NCBI GenBank assembly: GCA_964016885.1
Contig: OZ024755.1
Span: forward strand, 1,736,001 to 1,800,000
Source: Eledone cirrhosa
Taxonomy: Eukaryota
Length of the DNA stretch: 64,000 bases
Reading direction: 5' to 3'
Shown: piece by piece, positions 22,401 to 33,440 of the stretch
Layout: each line of letters opens with the position of its first letter
How positions within the stretch are numbered: position 1 is the stretch's first letter
Program-made: the position numbers and the translations under genes
The notes under the pieces: model-generated
What the model saw: only the letters and a program-made list of their open reading frames with translations
Database searches by the model: none
Told to the model about the DNA's origin: nothing

Positions 22401-25400
22401 CTTCACATATACCCGAGACCTACAAACTAAGGTGTAAAAGATACTTACTCCTCTTCTACCTGGTCGGCGATCAGGAGACCATCTTTGTTTTCTTTGTTGC
22501 ACCTGCTGCAGTCTCTTACCTGAGAATAAAGTAAACACCTTTATTTAGATTACATCAATATTTACTCAGGTGTGTCATAATTATATTGCATCCAATGTCA
22601 TTTGTTAAATGTTTATATTGCAGGGAATACATAAAGAGGATCTGTTTACATCATTGCTAAAATGTTTCATACTCAATTATATTTTTCCTGGCTTTGCAAA
22701 TGTCCAAATGTTAGAGTAAAAAGGTTCTCATTTCTATTGACCATCCCTCTCTACACAACGAAGGAAACTACATATTTATCATCAATGATTAAATACGTTT
22801 CAAGTTGTGATATTCTGAAACCTGATCTAATGAAACCACAGGAAGTACCCACCCCTCTTTAGGTTTTACCAGTCAACCCCTTTAATGGTTCTTTATTCAC
22901 CACTGCATGCAATATTAAAACAAATGACATACCTTTTTTAGACTGACTCTTACGTCTGTGCGAGAAGTTGGCATAACGGCCTTTCTGTTGATTGTTCTGA
23001 TATTTAGATTTCTTATCTGTCACAAGAGAAAATCAACATTTTAAAAATATCTCCAACACCTTTACTTCTAATTCTAGACAATACACCCAATTGTTTAAAC
23101 CCGACAGTCACCAAGTACCTCTTCTAAACTAATCTTTTTGTCTACAAAGATACCATGTACTGAGTGTACCCCAGTAGATCCAACAGAACTAGCAATCAAA
23201 TTTGACTATGGACAAAGAAGCCACCTGTGGTATAAAAAAATATGCAATCAAGTAGGACTTGAATTATCCACCTTACTAACTTTGTTCATTCCCACCTCCA
23301 ACAACTCAAAACATTTTCACCACCACTGCCTCCTCTCTGCTTCCAACATGGAATATATATATATATAAACCATCAGAAGACAAGCCAGAACCAAATACAT
23401 TTTATGTAAATAACTATTCCTGGTAAAACAATATACTACTTCCAATAGTTACTTACCATCTTTAGAAGCATGAGAAATTAGATCAAAGGTTAGTGTATTC
23501 TCTTTAATTTGCAGTTCTTTATTCTCAGCAATGATAGTCTCAGCATCCTGTCTGCTACGACATTCCACCATAGCATATCTACATAATCAATAAAAACAGG
23601 GGGTGGGGAAAGAAAATATCCAAAATTAATAATAAAAAATAAAAATAAAAATGTTCGTTCAAGGAAGAGTATGTATAACAAAGAATATTTGGTTAATATA
23701 AAACAGAACTCAAGTTAACTAATCTTTAGGTTGTTAATAAAAGGTGAGAATGTTGATTGTAATGTTAAAGAAAATGCAAAGTACTTTATACACTAGAGAT
23801 GAAAATAGTATTAGTGACTCTTGTAAAGAAATGGCTAAACAGCTTCCAGCTATAATTTCACCCAGAATTCAGATTTACTTCACAAATAACCTACATTTAA
23901 TTAAATTTACCTCCCTCCCATAAGTTTGAAATTTCAAAACACCTGATACCAACCCTGCCAAAGACAGGCTTCGGTTCTATAAAGCTATACCACCCATTTT
24001 CAAGGATTCCTAATAGAACCCTATGTTAAGTTACTATCTTAGCAATAAGAAATGTTTAACAGCAGATCAAGATATTTCAATTGTACAACACTACAATGAT
24101 TCCCAACCTTCTCAATATTAACAACTATTTGAATGAATGCCCCCCCCCCCCCATAATGAGATCAACAATTGAAAGAGAAATGTTTATACATAGAAAAGAA
24201 TGGATACCCAACAAAGTACTTGAAATTTTGAACTTAGCTCCCACACTGTATATTTTTATAGTGCATACACAGTTACTAATGACAAGATTTATGAGTGATT
24301 TGGCTGCTATTTCTAGTAGGTTGATGCTGAGGTGTTGGACACCAGCCAACAAAGGAATGTTTCTCAACCTTCTAGAAATAGCAACACAGCAATCTGGAGG
24401 ACTTAAATTGAAAAGAAAAAAAGTTTTAAAAAATTTATTTTTTAAAAATAGTTAGTCATGTCGCACAAAAAAAAAAAAACTGTACGGATAACAACAAATA
24501 AAATCAATTGTTAGCACAATAGAGGCCCTAATAATCTGTTCTGTGAAAAGCATAAATATATGTTATAAAGAGAGAAAGCTGTGTTGGAGATAAGGTAGCA
24601 AGATAATCATTAGAATGATGAAAGTTACTGTTTTTTGTATGTCAAAGGCTTGGCAGGAAATTTGTTGGAATGTAAGAAATTTTAAACTGAAGCAAAAATG
24701 ATCAGATGTGTTTGTAAGTATGCAGCTATTTCATGTTTTTTGGAAAAGAATTTCCCTTCAGAAATTAAATATAAGTGCCATTCAGAAAAAATGGTGCAAG
24801 GATCATTGAATAGATCCTGACAAAATATATATATAAACCCTTAAAAAATGTGCAAATATAAGAAAACAATTTTAGTTAAGTGACAAAAAGTCACAAAAAT
24901 ATCACAAAATTGGTAGCAGCAAATGGAAAACTGCTACCAATGTAAGAAAAGTAAATGCACAAGGTTGACAAATTACCCCTGATTCTGATCTTCCTCATTA
25001 AGTGGGATCACCACATTCCGGGCTGACGGGAATAATGCCTGAAGCTCCTCGACTGTGACTCCTTGTGGAATGTTGTTGACATAAAGGGAATAATCTTCCT
25101 TGTTCCCTGAAATTGTCAGGTGTGCTTACGATTGGGAGACAGTCTTAACAGATCAACGAGGATGCATTAACAAAAACAGGCAAGACTTTGGTAACAAAGT
25201 TGCAATCATAGAAGTCACAAAAAATAGCTTCTTCAAATGACATGTGTTTATTATTATTATTAGTGGTATCAATAGCTACAAAACTGGAATGGTTCTTTCC
25301 CATGCTGTCAAAGAGACTAGTTTTTTTTTCTGCTCTATGCAAAAATAAAATAAAACCAAATATTTGAAAAGCACTTCAAATGCATTTCGAAAATGAAATG

Positions 25401-28400
25401 CAAAATATAAGTGCTTCAATCGAGAAGAAATTTCTAATTAGCTAAAATATGCATAAATTTTTTCCAATTTTATATTTTACACATAGAAATGATTTAGTTT
25501 AAACCAGTTCTATATTTGAGTTTAGAAATATTGAAAAAAAAAATAAAAATAAAAAAAAAAAATTAAAAAACTATCTAAAACCTGAATTGTAAATAAACTT
25601 TAATATTTTCAAATATGTAAAACATAACTATGTTGGACTTCTTAAAAATTTAATTTCCAGTTTTTGTTTAGGTTAAAAGATACCATCAATTATTTTTTAA
25701 AACATCAAAAATGACCATACAAATATTGAAAAAATAAAATAAAATAAAAATAAATAAATAAAAAAAATTTAAAATCAATTTTTAAATGAAATAAATTCAC
25801 AGCCTTGAGAAATAATTGTTTCTATTTTAGGCACAAGGCCAGCAATTACTCAGTACATTACTGGTACTTTATTTTATCGACCCCGTAAGGATGAAAGGCA
25901 AAGTTAACCTCGGCGGGATTTGAACTCAGCCTTGAGAAATAATGAAATAGAATTTTTAAAAGTTTCAACCTCAAAAATTTGAATTAAAATCTAAACATCT
26001 AATTTGGCTTCAACAATATTGAGTTTAACATTGTAAAAGCTAGACTAGGAAATCATTCGATATAAACGCCATGAAAATCAGTTTTGGTTCTACCAAACAA
26101 AATAACCCATTTTAACACCTTTATTACAACATTTTTAATTGAATACATTCTAAGTTGAAGGAATTTACTAAAATTAGAAATTATTTTAGTATTAAGATGG
26201 TATTTGTAACATACATAACTTGAAAAAGTTCTTATATCAAGTTGATGAAAGATTTAACCCTTTAGCATTTACATTATTTTATATTTACTATTGTATTTTC
26301 ACAGTAAAGGCTTTATCTTACATAATTATCTCACGTAAAATCGAATCTGAGATTTTGATGTTATTTATTTTGAGAACAATACCTTAATGTAGGTGTGAGC
26401 AGCCAGTTACAGCCGGTTTGAACAGAAAGAAGTGAGAGAGTTCTGGCCGGATTGAATGCTGAAGGGTTAAATTTGAAGAGGAACCCATTAAAATGAGTCA
26501 TTTTGTTTCATAGAACCAGACTAAGTTTTAGACAGGTTTCCATCAAAAGAATTTTATATGACCTATATATCAAATTACTATCTCAGTAATGAAATAATTT
26601 TAGTATATGTCAAAATACTTAATTGAAATAGAGAGTATTTCATTAGAAATAGTGACGAAAGGAATAAGAATGTGGCAGGAAGATAAAATTTCTACTCTAA
26701 TAATAATAAACTATTGCTAATTATTTTACTGACTCTCGAAGGTTGAAAAATATTCTAAAACTTAACACGCAACATAAAAACACCACAAGAGTCTAGTATA
26801 CCGCTCAACTTTAACGAGTTAATTATCAATCACACTTTAACTTTTAATATCCTATAATGATTTAGCAGAAAATATATAAAAGCAGGTTTGTTAATTCAAA
26901 TGTTTATTTCATAACACCACATGAATAAGAGAGATTCTTTGAAAAATTCCCAAACAGTACTTCAATAATTTACTGAAATATGACTGAGCAACTAAACTGT
27001 ACCACATCAAAAGATTCTGGAAAATTACAAAACTGCATCATATTAAAAAATATATTTACTCCAATACTGCAAATTTTGACAATGATCTAACCAATAGTAT
27101 AAAGATAAACATTTCAATCACCACTTTAAAAAAATATATTTTCTGTTTACTCATTATAGGATGTTAAGAGCTAACCACATTCTCAACTACATTAATTTTA
27201 TAACGCTATATAAATTCTATAAAGATTTCACCAGGGAACAACTACATTACACTAATCCCACCAAATGTACCAATAACTCACTAGTACTCTCCAGGAACAA
27301 GAAACAGGCTACATCTAACATGAAATTTAAAAACTATAGTACTAAATATAAACAATTCTAGTTATTCCAGTTAAACTGAGAAACTTGTCTAAGAAACAAC
27401 TATTTCTAAACTGATTCCATATTTGGACAATAAAAACTATATAAGATACCTACAGGAAATATTTAAATATATACACACCGTATCAAGTGTTTATTTGTTG
27501 GTTTCTATCAAGAGCCAACAGTTCTCCAACTTCTTAACATGTGGTTGAGTACTGCACAAACACGTGTACTCTCAATCTCATACCAGTGTGGCACAAGACC
27601 ACACTACTCAGGATTTCACCATCAACAAAGGATGAAAGCTGGTTAGTATGAGAGTCAAATCCACATTTGTGTTACTAGCTCAAACAACTGAGCTATCATA
27701 CAGATACCAAAAATGTAAAGTTACTCAACAATTATAAACTATCAAAACACCTACCTCGTCCTTCTCCAACTTTTCCACCTTTACCTACTAAGAAAATATA
27801 TACACAGAAATATATAGACATTTCAGAAATATACAAATACCCTAGAAACAGTCTAAACCCCTGTATTTTCTGTTTCATTACAACAATATTTAACCAAGTC
27901 AGTATTGATGCAGTGTAAACAACACAATGGTTTAACCCCCTCCAAAATATCCACTAGATATTTCAAAATAAAAGTTACCTTCTTCAGCTGGATCCCGCAC
28001 AAATGGTTTGCCATTTATCTCCTTTGGTAATTTATTAAACACAGCTTCGGCTTCAGCTTCAGAAGCAAACTTCATTCTCATAAATCTACAAATATAATAT
28101 TACAAAGATTGGCGATGATAAAATATAAAATATCAAGACTGGCAATAAATTCCAAGAACTGGAAAGGATTTAGTAACAATTTATTATGTAAGAACTAAAA
28201 TAAACAGCTTCATAGGACCAAGGCCAGTTTCAGACAGCTCGCTATTAAAATGCTTCAAGAGGAATTACTGGCCCTTTATCAACTCTGGAAGGATAACAAA
28301 AGTTGACAGCAAGATTTGAACTAAGAAAACTAAAACTTCTCTTATCTAAACCACAAATAATCTTGATCTAACCATTAGTATAAAGACACTATAAACCTTA

Positions 28401-29584
28401 CAATTAACACACATACATACCCTTTGCGGTTTCCAGATTCTTCTTTTATGTAGCGGATAGTCAAACAGGTGGTATCATCCCAAAATTGGGACAGCTCTGA
28501 CACAGCAATTTTGATATCTTCCAACCGCAACCGAGATATTGTGAACATGTTAGGATACGGTCTTCCTAAAAATGAAACACAGAAAAGGTTCACATTAAAA
28601 GTTGATTATATTCATTAAATAAGAATGAAGGGGAAAGAAAAGCAAGGAGCTCTACTCACTCAAATTCAAAGTATTCTCATCCTCTTCCTCAGCCTTAGCT
28701 TTATCACCATCAGCTTTTTCTGAAACAAAAATGGTTTTCAAATGTAAAGTAGGTGTTTTTTGTAAATTATATATTTCCAAGTTATATTGGTATTGATTAC
28801 CTATGTAGGTTTAACTAGGTTACTACAAGATTGTATCTCAGTGTTCTAATATAGGCCACATCATGAAAAGCAATGTGAAAGAAAGTATCCCCAAACAGTA
28901 AATTGTTTAGAAGTGTTGGGTGGTGTGCAGTATGTTACAATCTTGCCTCCAATCATTGGAATGCTTGTACTTGTGTTGGCATTCATCCAAGATGGACTGA
29001 GCCAGTTCCAATCAGTGAATCTACAGACGTCCAACATAGGGATTGTCAGTTATACCAAATGTGGGAGAGACCATTTTATATTGGAATTGACGTTAAATGA
29101 TAATATATGTGATTACAATCCTATACAATGATGTCCAATAATGGTCTATTTGCCCCTTCATATCACCTATGTCATCTCAGTCTACATTAATACCTGACAT
29201 TACATCTACAGCCTCATCACACCCACACCTAACTTTCTATCACCAGATCCCCACCCCTTATTCAAAACTGTTCAATCTTCCATGACAATTACTAAATCCC
29301 TTCAACTTTTTTGATTTTCTAAATTATTCTAAAACCGTCGACACCAATATATCGCAGGTATAATAGGTATTTACCACAAGACAACTGTAAACTATAATAT
29401 TTAACTCACCAGCTTCGACATTTTCCTCCATCGGTGTCTCTTCAGTAGGTTGGGCAGTATCATTCTGTTCTTCATTTACTGTCTCTGTCTCAGCCGTGTT
29501 CACATCACCAGAATATGCCTGGTTTACTGTCTCCTCCCCATCATCACACAACAACACATCATCATTAGCTTCCTCACAAGACAT
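19377..29584 (-). CDS. Two-RRM RNA-binding protein (nucleolin-like RRMs, acidic N-terminus, G/Y/N/Q-rich low-complexity C-terminus), 13 coding exons, 416 aa
   Basis: 13 GT-AG exons join in phase (1251 nt incl. stop). RRM2 has RNP2 LYVNNI and RNP1 QGYAMVEC; divergent RRM1 has RKGFMRMKFASEAEAEAVF...EINGKP; ends YDNKRRRQNRTSW*. No confident ortholog name. Confidence 0.85.
20110..20430 (+). mobile_element. Old degraded RTE LINE fragment in an RRM-gene intron
   Basis: Residual similarity to RTE 3' coding sequence (TTACCTCTTCTGGCAACAAAGGG; GGTATGGTCATATGATG). Confidence 0.5.
21204..21337 (-). CDS. RRM gene coding exon 12 (G/Y/N/Q-rich low-complexity segment)
   Basis: GQQLLNPSQMGGQYGNQSWGHVDQSNSYGYQSGGNRGYGNDTMNY; donor G|GTAATT (reading through it gives GNY* at 21193). 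Confidence 0.8.
21740..21817 (-). CDS. RRM gene coding exon 11
   Basis: WSQGSQNVTAALSQTSELLKGLTSLL; 78 nt. Confidence 0.8.
21902..21978 (-). CDS. RRM gene coding exon 10
   Basis: PGQYIQGGRMDRGNRRHLIDGGNSN; 77 nt. Confidence 0.8.
22449..22519 (-). CDS. RRM gene coding exon 9
   Basis: GKRLQQVQQRKQRWSPDRRPGRRG; 71 nt. Confidence 0.8.
22933..23016 (-). CDS. RRM gene coding exon 8
   Basis: DKKSKYQNNQQKGRYANFSHRRKSQSKK; 84 nt. Confidence 0.8.
23457..23578 (-). CDS. RRM gene coding exon 7 (RRM2 second half)
   Basis: GYAMVECRSRQDAETIIAENKELQIKENTLTFDLI; 122 nt. Confidence 0.9.
24977..25106 (-). CDS. RRM gene coding exon 6 (RRM2 first half)
   Basis: NKEDYSLYVNNIPQGVTVEELQALFPSARNVVIPLNEEDQNQ; 130 nt. 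Confidence 0.9.
25817..25926 (-). mobile_element. Truncated Deu/Nin-domain SINE with 17-bp target-site duplication
   Basis: CAGCCTTGAGAAATAAT at 25800-25816 and 25927-25943; core GCCTTTCATCCTTACGGGGTCGATAAAAT. Confidence 0.85.
26254..26470. mobile_element. TTAA-flanked piggyBac-type MITE (other copies near 40770-40990, 54340-54555, 61388-61590)
   Basis: TTAACCCTTTAGCATT...AATGCTGAAGGGTTAA termini; shared internal sequence in four copies. Confidence 0.7.
27755..27784 (-). CDS. RRM gene coding exon 5 (30-nt symmetric microexon, inter-RRM linker)
   Basis: GKGGKVGEGR; TTCTTAGTAG acceptor, G|GTAGGT donor; phase 1-1 so skippable. Confidence 0.65.
27979..28085 (-). CDS. RRM gene coding exon 4 (RRM1 second half)
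   Basis: GFMRMKFASEAEAEAVFNKLPKEINGKPFVRDPAEE; 107 nt. Confidence 0.85.
28421..28565 (-). CDS. RRM gene coding exon 3 (RRM1 first half)
   Basis: RRPYPNMFTISRLRLEDIK...KEESGNRK; 145 nt. Confidence 0.83.
28660..28719 (-). CDS. RRM gene coding exon 2
   Basis: EKADGDKAKAEEEDENTLNL; 60 nt. Confidence 0.8.
29410..29584 (-). CDS. RRM gene coding exon 1 (ATG 29584; acceptor places exon start at 29594)
   Basis: MSCEEANDDVLLCDDGEE...EENVEA; acidic; G|GTGAGT donor. Confidence 0.8.
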
Positions 29585-30915
29585 GTTGGACAGTCTAAAG
29601 TTTAACAAAAAAATACACCAAATATAACTCGTATAAATGCCTACAAAGTTACAATATATATAACCTTATATAAATATTGGACGATCGTGTCGGAAGACAT
29701 TCGTTTGTCCCCTAAATACACGGAAATTTACATGTGAGATATTAATGAGAGCCAAGATTAGCTGAGACTATCAATTAGAGAAATTACAATCTTTTAAGTA
29801 GAAGAAGCATCTCTTTCTTCTAAACACATGACAAGTTCCAGGCCAGGACAAATATATATTACAATTAAAATAAATCTAATGCGTAAATAATAAAATATTT
29901 TCCATAAACCAGGCGGCAATAAATGTAGTCTTTGTATTATAAGACAATAGAAGTGTGGACATTTTTTTTTTTTAGTACGAAATACATGAAAGATAAAAGT
30001 GGAGATTTTAGCTGACTGTTGATGGTATTAAACCATTGTTTTATAGAAGAATCAACACAAAAATGTATTTTTTTTTTTATTCATTAACTCTGCATTAATC
30101 TATTGAGAAGAGAAGAAATAGTTTTGGAGAAGAAGATATAAAATGGCGGTTATATTGGACGGCGTGGTTTCACTTCAGACGACAGATATTATAAAATTAA
30201 CAAAACCCACACAAATACACGATCCTAAAAGATATTTCTATTTTTTTTTTTTTAAATTCTTTTACCATTAGAGTTTTCATTCACCGATCGGGAATGAATT
30301 ACCAAATAAAAGAAACATTCCCCCCAAAACAGCAACCACACCCGGTTCTATCATAAATTTATATTAAAACCTCCCAAACACCAACTTAATCATCTTATAT
30401 TACTATAGCAATATCCTAACTAAAGGGTCCTTAGTCACCTTACTCCCCAAAACTCTAAGTTTAGTGTATATATATAAGTGTATATATATATAACTATATA
30501 AATATATATATAAAAGAAACGATCGTAAATTCAAATGTATAATTAACTTTGTCCTATTATAATATAGACATAATATATAATGGAGTTTTACATTTGAGGA
30601 CAATTCTATTCCGTGTAATACAATTTATTGTTCAATTCTAGAAATGAACCCTATTTCTCCATTACTCACACAACAAATATTTTATTTAACAGAATTCACA
30701 GCTTTTTTGACTAGAATCAGGAAATATCTCCTCAATAACTTAATATTTCTCTATTTTAAAGTGGCGGCGTTTTGTCGCCAACGAAGGAGGGCCAACATAT
30801 TTGATCAGACAATGAAGGGCCAAACTATTTTCTTACATCTTTATACCTGTCACTGAAACTTTATATTTCAAAATAGTTTCAGGGAAAAACGAGAAGAAAC
30901 ATTATTTAAAAGCCG

Positions 30916-31027
30916 AGGTTGACTGTCTTTCATCCTTACTGGGTGAAAGTTCCATACACTGGGGTAGATTTAATCCACTTTTGCCCTCCTCTTAAAATTG
31001 CTGGCCTTGTGTCTAAAGCAGAAACAA
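30916..31027 (+). mobile_element. Truncated Deu/Nin-domain SINE with target-site duplication
   Basis: ATTATTTAAAAGCCGA repeated at 30901 and 31027. Confidence 0.7.
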
Positions 31028-31951
31028 TTATTTAAAAGCCGATGTTTTATAAGTTTATATTTATTATAAATTGTCTTTAACATAACCATAACATTAAAAC
31101 CGATCAGGCTTAGTCACCGGTAAATAAAGACTGGAAATTGTAATTTAACAGAAAATCAGTGAAATCGGATGTTATAATATATATATCTGTAATAAAGTTG
31201 TGTGTAGTAAAGATGAGAAATGTGTGAAGCGGGTGTGTTAAAGAAACATCGTTAAATTCAAAATGGCCAGACATGGCAAACATCACACGAGGAAGAAAGA
31301 CACCGGTAGAAATATATTTACAGTCAAATATAAGACAATCATTTACAGAAAATAGTCCATTTTTAAATAAAATATAAATAAACCCTTACTATTAAAAAAA
31401 AAATTGGCGATCATTTTTTTTTTTTAAATATATGAAAAATAAAAAAAAGTTTATTAATGATAAAAATACAACATGGCTGGATATATTACAATAAAATATT
31501 GTCATATATTTTATATATATCACAATTACATTAATATTTATCCTAATAAAATATTAATAGGTTTTTTTCCCTCATCGGTAAAGAATTTAAAAATTTCCCT
31601 TTTCTGTTAAAAGCGTTGTTACTCAGAATTTTAAATATATGTAAAATAATCTTAATAAATTAATACATCGTGATGTTTAATATTAAAATTGGATTTTTAA
31701 TTAAATATATAAAATATATTTCATCTTTTGATTCTAGGATAAACGAGAAATTTTCTTGGAGGAAGGAAAAAAACATTTTTTTTTTTTTTTTTTATATTCC
31801 CAACATTTCTCCAGATATTCCAGATATATAACAGATGAACATCTTTTGGGGAAGAAATATTATATATATATTAAAATTATATTATATGAAATAGAATTTA
31901 AAAAGAAAATGGAATATTTTGTGGAAAAAAATGTAAAAATTCGATGCTAAC

Positions 31952-32176
31952 CTGTAAAGATGTCAGTTGTGGCTTCTAAACGGATAAAAGTAATAAATAT
32001 TTGAGATTGCCCTTGGAAAGAAGTGAGAGAGAGAGAGAGTAGGATAGAGTGATATAATGAGAGAGGGTGAGTTAGATAGCGTGATATAATAAGAGAGGGT
32101 GAGTTAGATAGCGTGAAAGCGGGCGGGGGGTGTATAGTATGTATGTATGTATATATAAATGAAAAGTATAGAGAAA

Positions 32177-32207
<31 letters not shown>

Positions 32208-32320
32208 AGAATTAGTGAGAGTGTGAGTGGAGGTGAGAGCGAATGACCGGCCTGGATAAAACGGACGATCTGCGCAGAATCTACACTTAACCAATCGCCG
32301 GCCGACAAGATATTAGGCAG
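31952..32320 (-). promoter_or_regulatory. Candidate promoter and non-coding first exon of the RRM gene
   Basis: Local CpG cluster at 32238-32305, CCAAT at 32291, pyrimidine-rich 5' UTR-like tract, donor CAG|GTTAGC at 31952. Other weak donors exist near 30285 and 30847. Confidence 0.4.
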
Positions 32321-32722
32321 GAAGTGTGTGTGTGTGTATCATACATATGTATATTATATATATATATATATGTGTGTGAGAGAGAGAGTACGTATCCTTT
32401 GATATATATATATGTGTGTGTATGTATGTATATGTGTAGAAGGAAACGCACATATACAGTAAAAATCAAAGAAATTAATGAATTTCTGCATCGACAAAGT
32501 GATAAAAAAATTTGATTTAGAATAAATTATTTGCCTTTCGGGCTTCTCTCTCTCTTTACACACACACACACACATATGTATATATAAATATATACGCAGA
32601 CACAACCCATGCTAGCAGGGAGAATGGACGTAAAATTATATATAGAGATTTATTTAAAAAAAGATAAACTGAAAACTGTGCTCAAACTGGTATGAGAGCT
32701 GATATATTATTTATGTTTATAC

Positions 32723-32869
32723 ACGGAACAAAAGCGCTACCTAAGGTTTCAAGGTCCATTTATGACCATCTCCCCTAGATTGTGGGAAGGATCAAATTTG
32801 TGCACATAATCACCAGGTGGAGATGGTCATAAATGGACCACGAAATCTTAGGTAGCGCTTTTGTTCCGT
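32723..32869. repeat. Inverted repeat with ~51-bp arms
   Basis: 32723-32773 pairs with 32819-32869 with about 3 mismatches/wobbles. Confidence 0.9.
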
Positions 32870-33102
32870 TAGGTTCCTGAAGAGGATCGGGAGGTGACCA
32901 CAGTTAAAGAAGGTACTCAATATGTTGGTAGGGTGATTTTATACGAACGAAATAGTTCTAGTCTTGTAAAAGTCATTTCTATATATTAAATACATTTATA
33001 AAACACCTCTGGACATCTACATTTTATAGTGATCTGAAATATACATGTCTATATATATTTATATTTTGAATCACACTGTGTTAGTGCTATTGCTACTTAA
33101 CA

Positions 33103-33440
33103 AGGGTTGCCGCATAGCTTAGTGGTTAGAGCATTGGGCTTGCAATCGTTAGGTTGTGAGTTCGATTCCCTGACCGAGTGATGTGTTGTGTCCTTGAGCA
33201 GAACACTTTATTTCATGTTGCTCCAGTTTACTCAGAAATAAATTGTCAAGTCACTGGTGTCAAGCTGTATCGGTCATTGCTTTTCCCTTGGACAACATCG
33301 GTGGTGTGGGGTGGGGAGACTGGTATGTATGGGCCACTGTTGGTCTTCCACAAATACACCTTGTCCAGAATTGTACCTCAGAAGGGAACTTTCTAGGCTC
33401 AAATCCCAGGGTCATTTTTGACCAAAGGGTCTTTTTATTT
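33103..33440 (+). mobile_element. tRNA-derived SINE
   Basis: Pol III A box TAGCTTAGTGG, B box GTTCGATTCC, then core TGTGTCCTTGAGCA.AACACTTTATTTCA.GTTGCTCCAG; no 3' acceptor stem. Confidence 0.8.

Noticed and set aside
23911-23954. Second frameshifting cassette exon inside RRM2
   Set aside because: Splice-site-like motifs are present but several alternative acceptors fit equally well and nothing else supports it.
24081-24455. 124-aa plus-strand ORF in an RRM-gene intron
   Set aside because: No recognisable domain, non-ATG start, antisense within an intron.
33103-33180. tRNA gene
   Set aside because: A and B boxes are present but there is no 3' acceptor stem, and the sequence continues into a SINE core.
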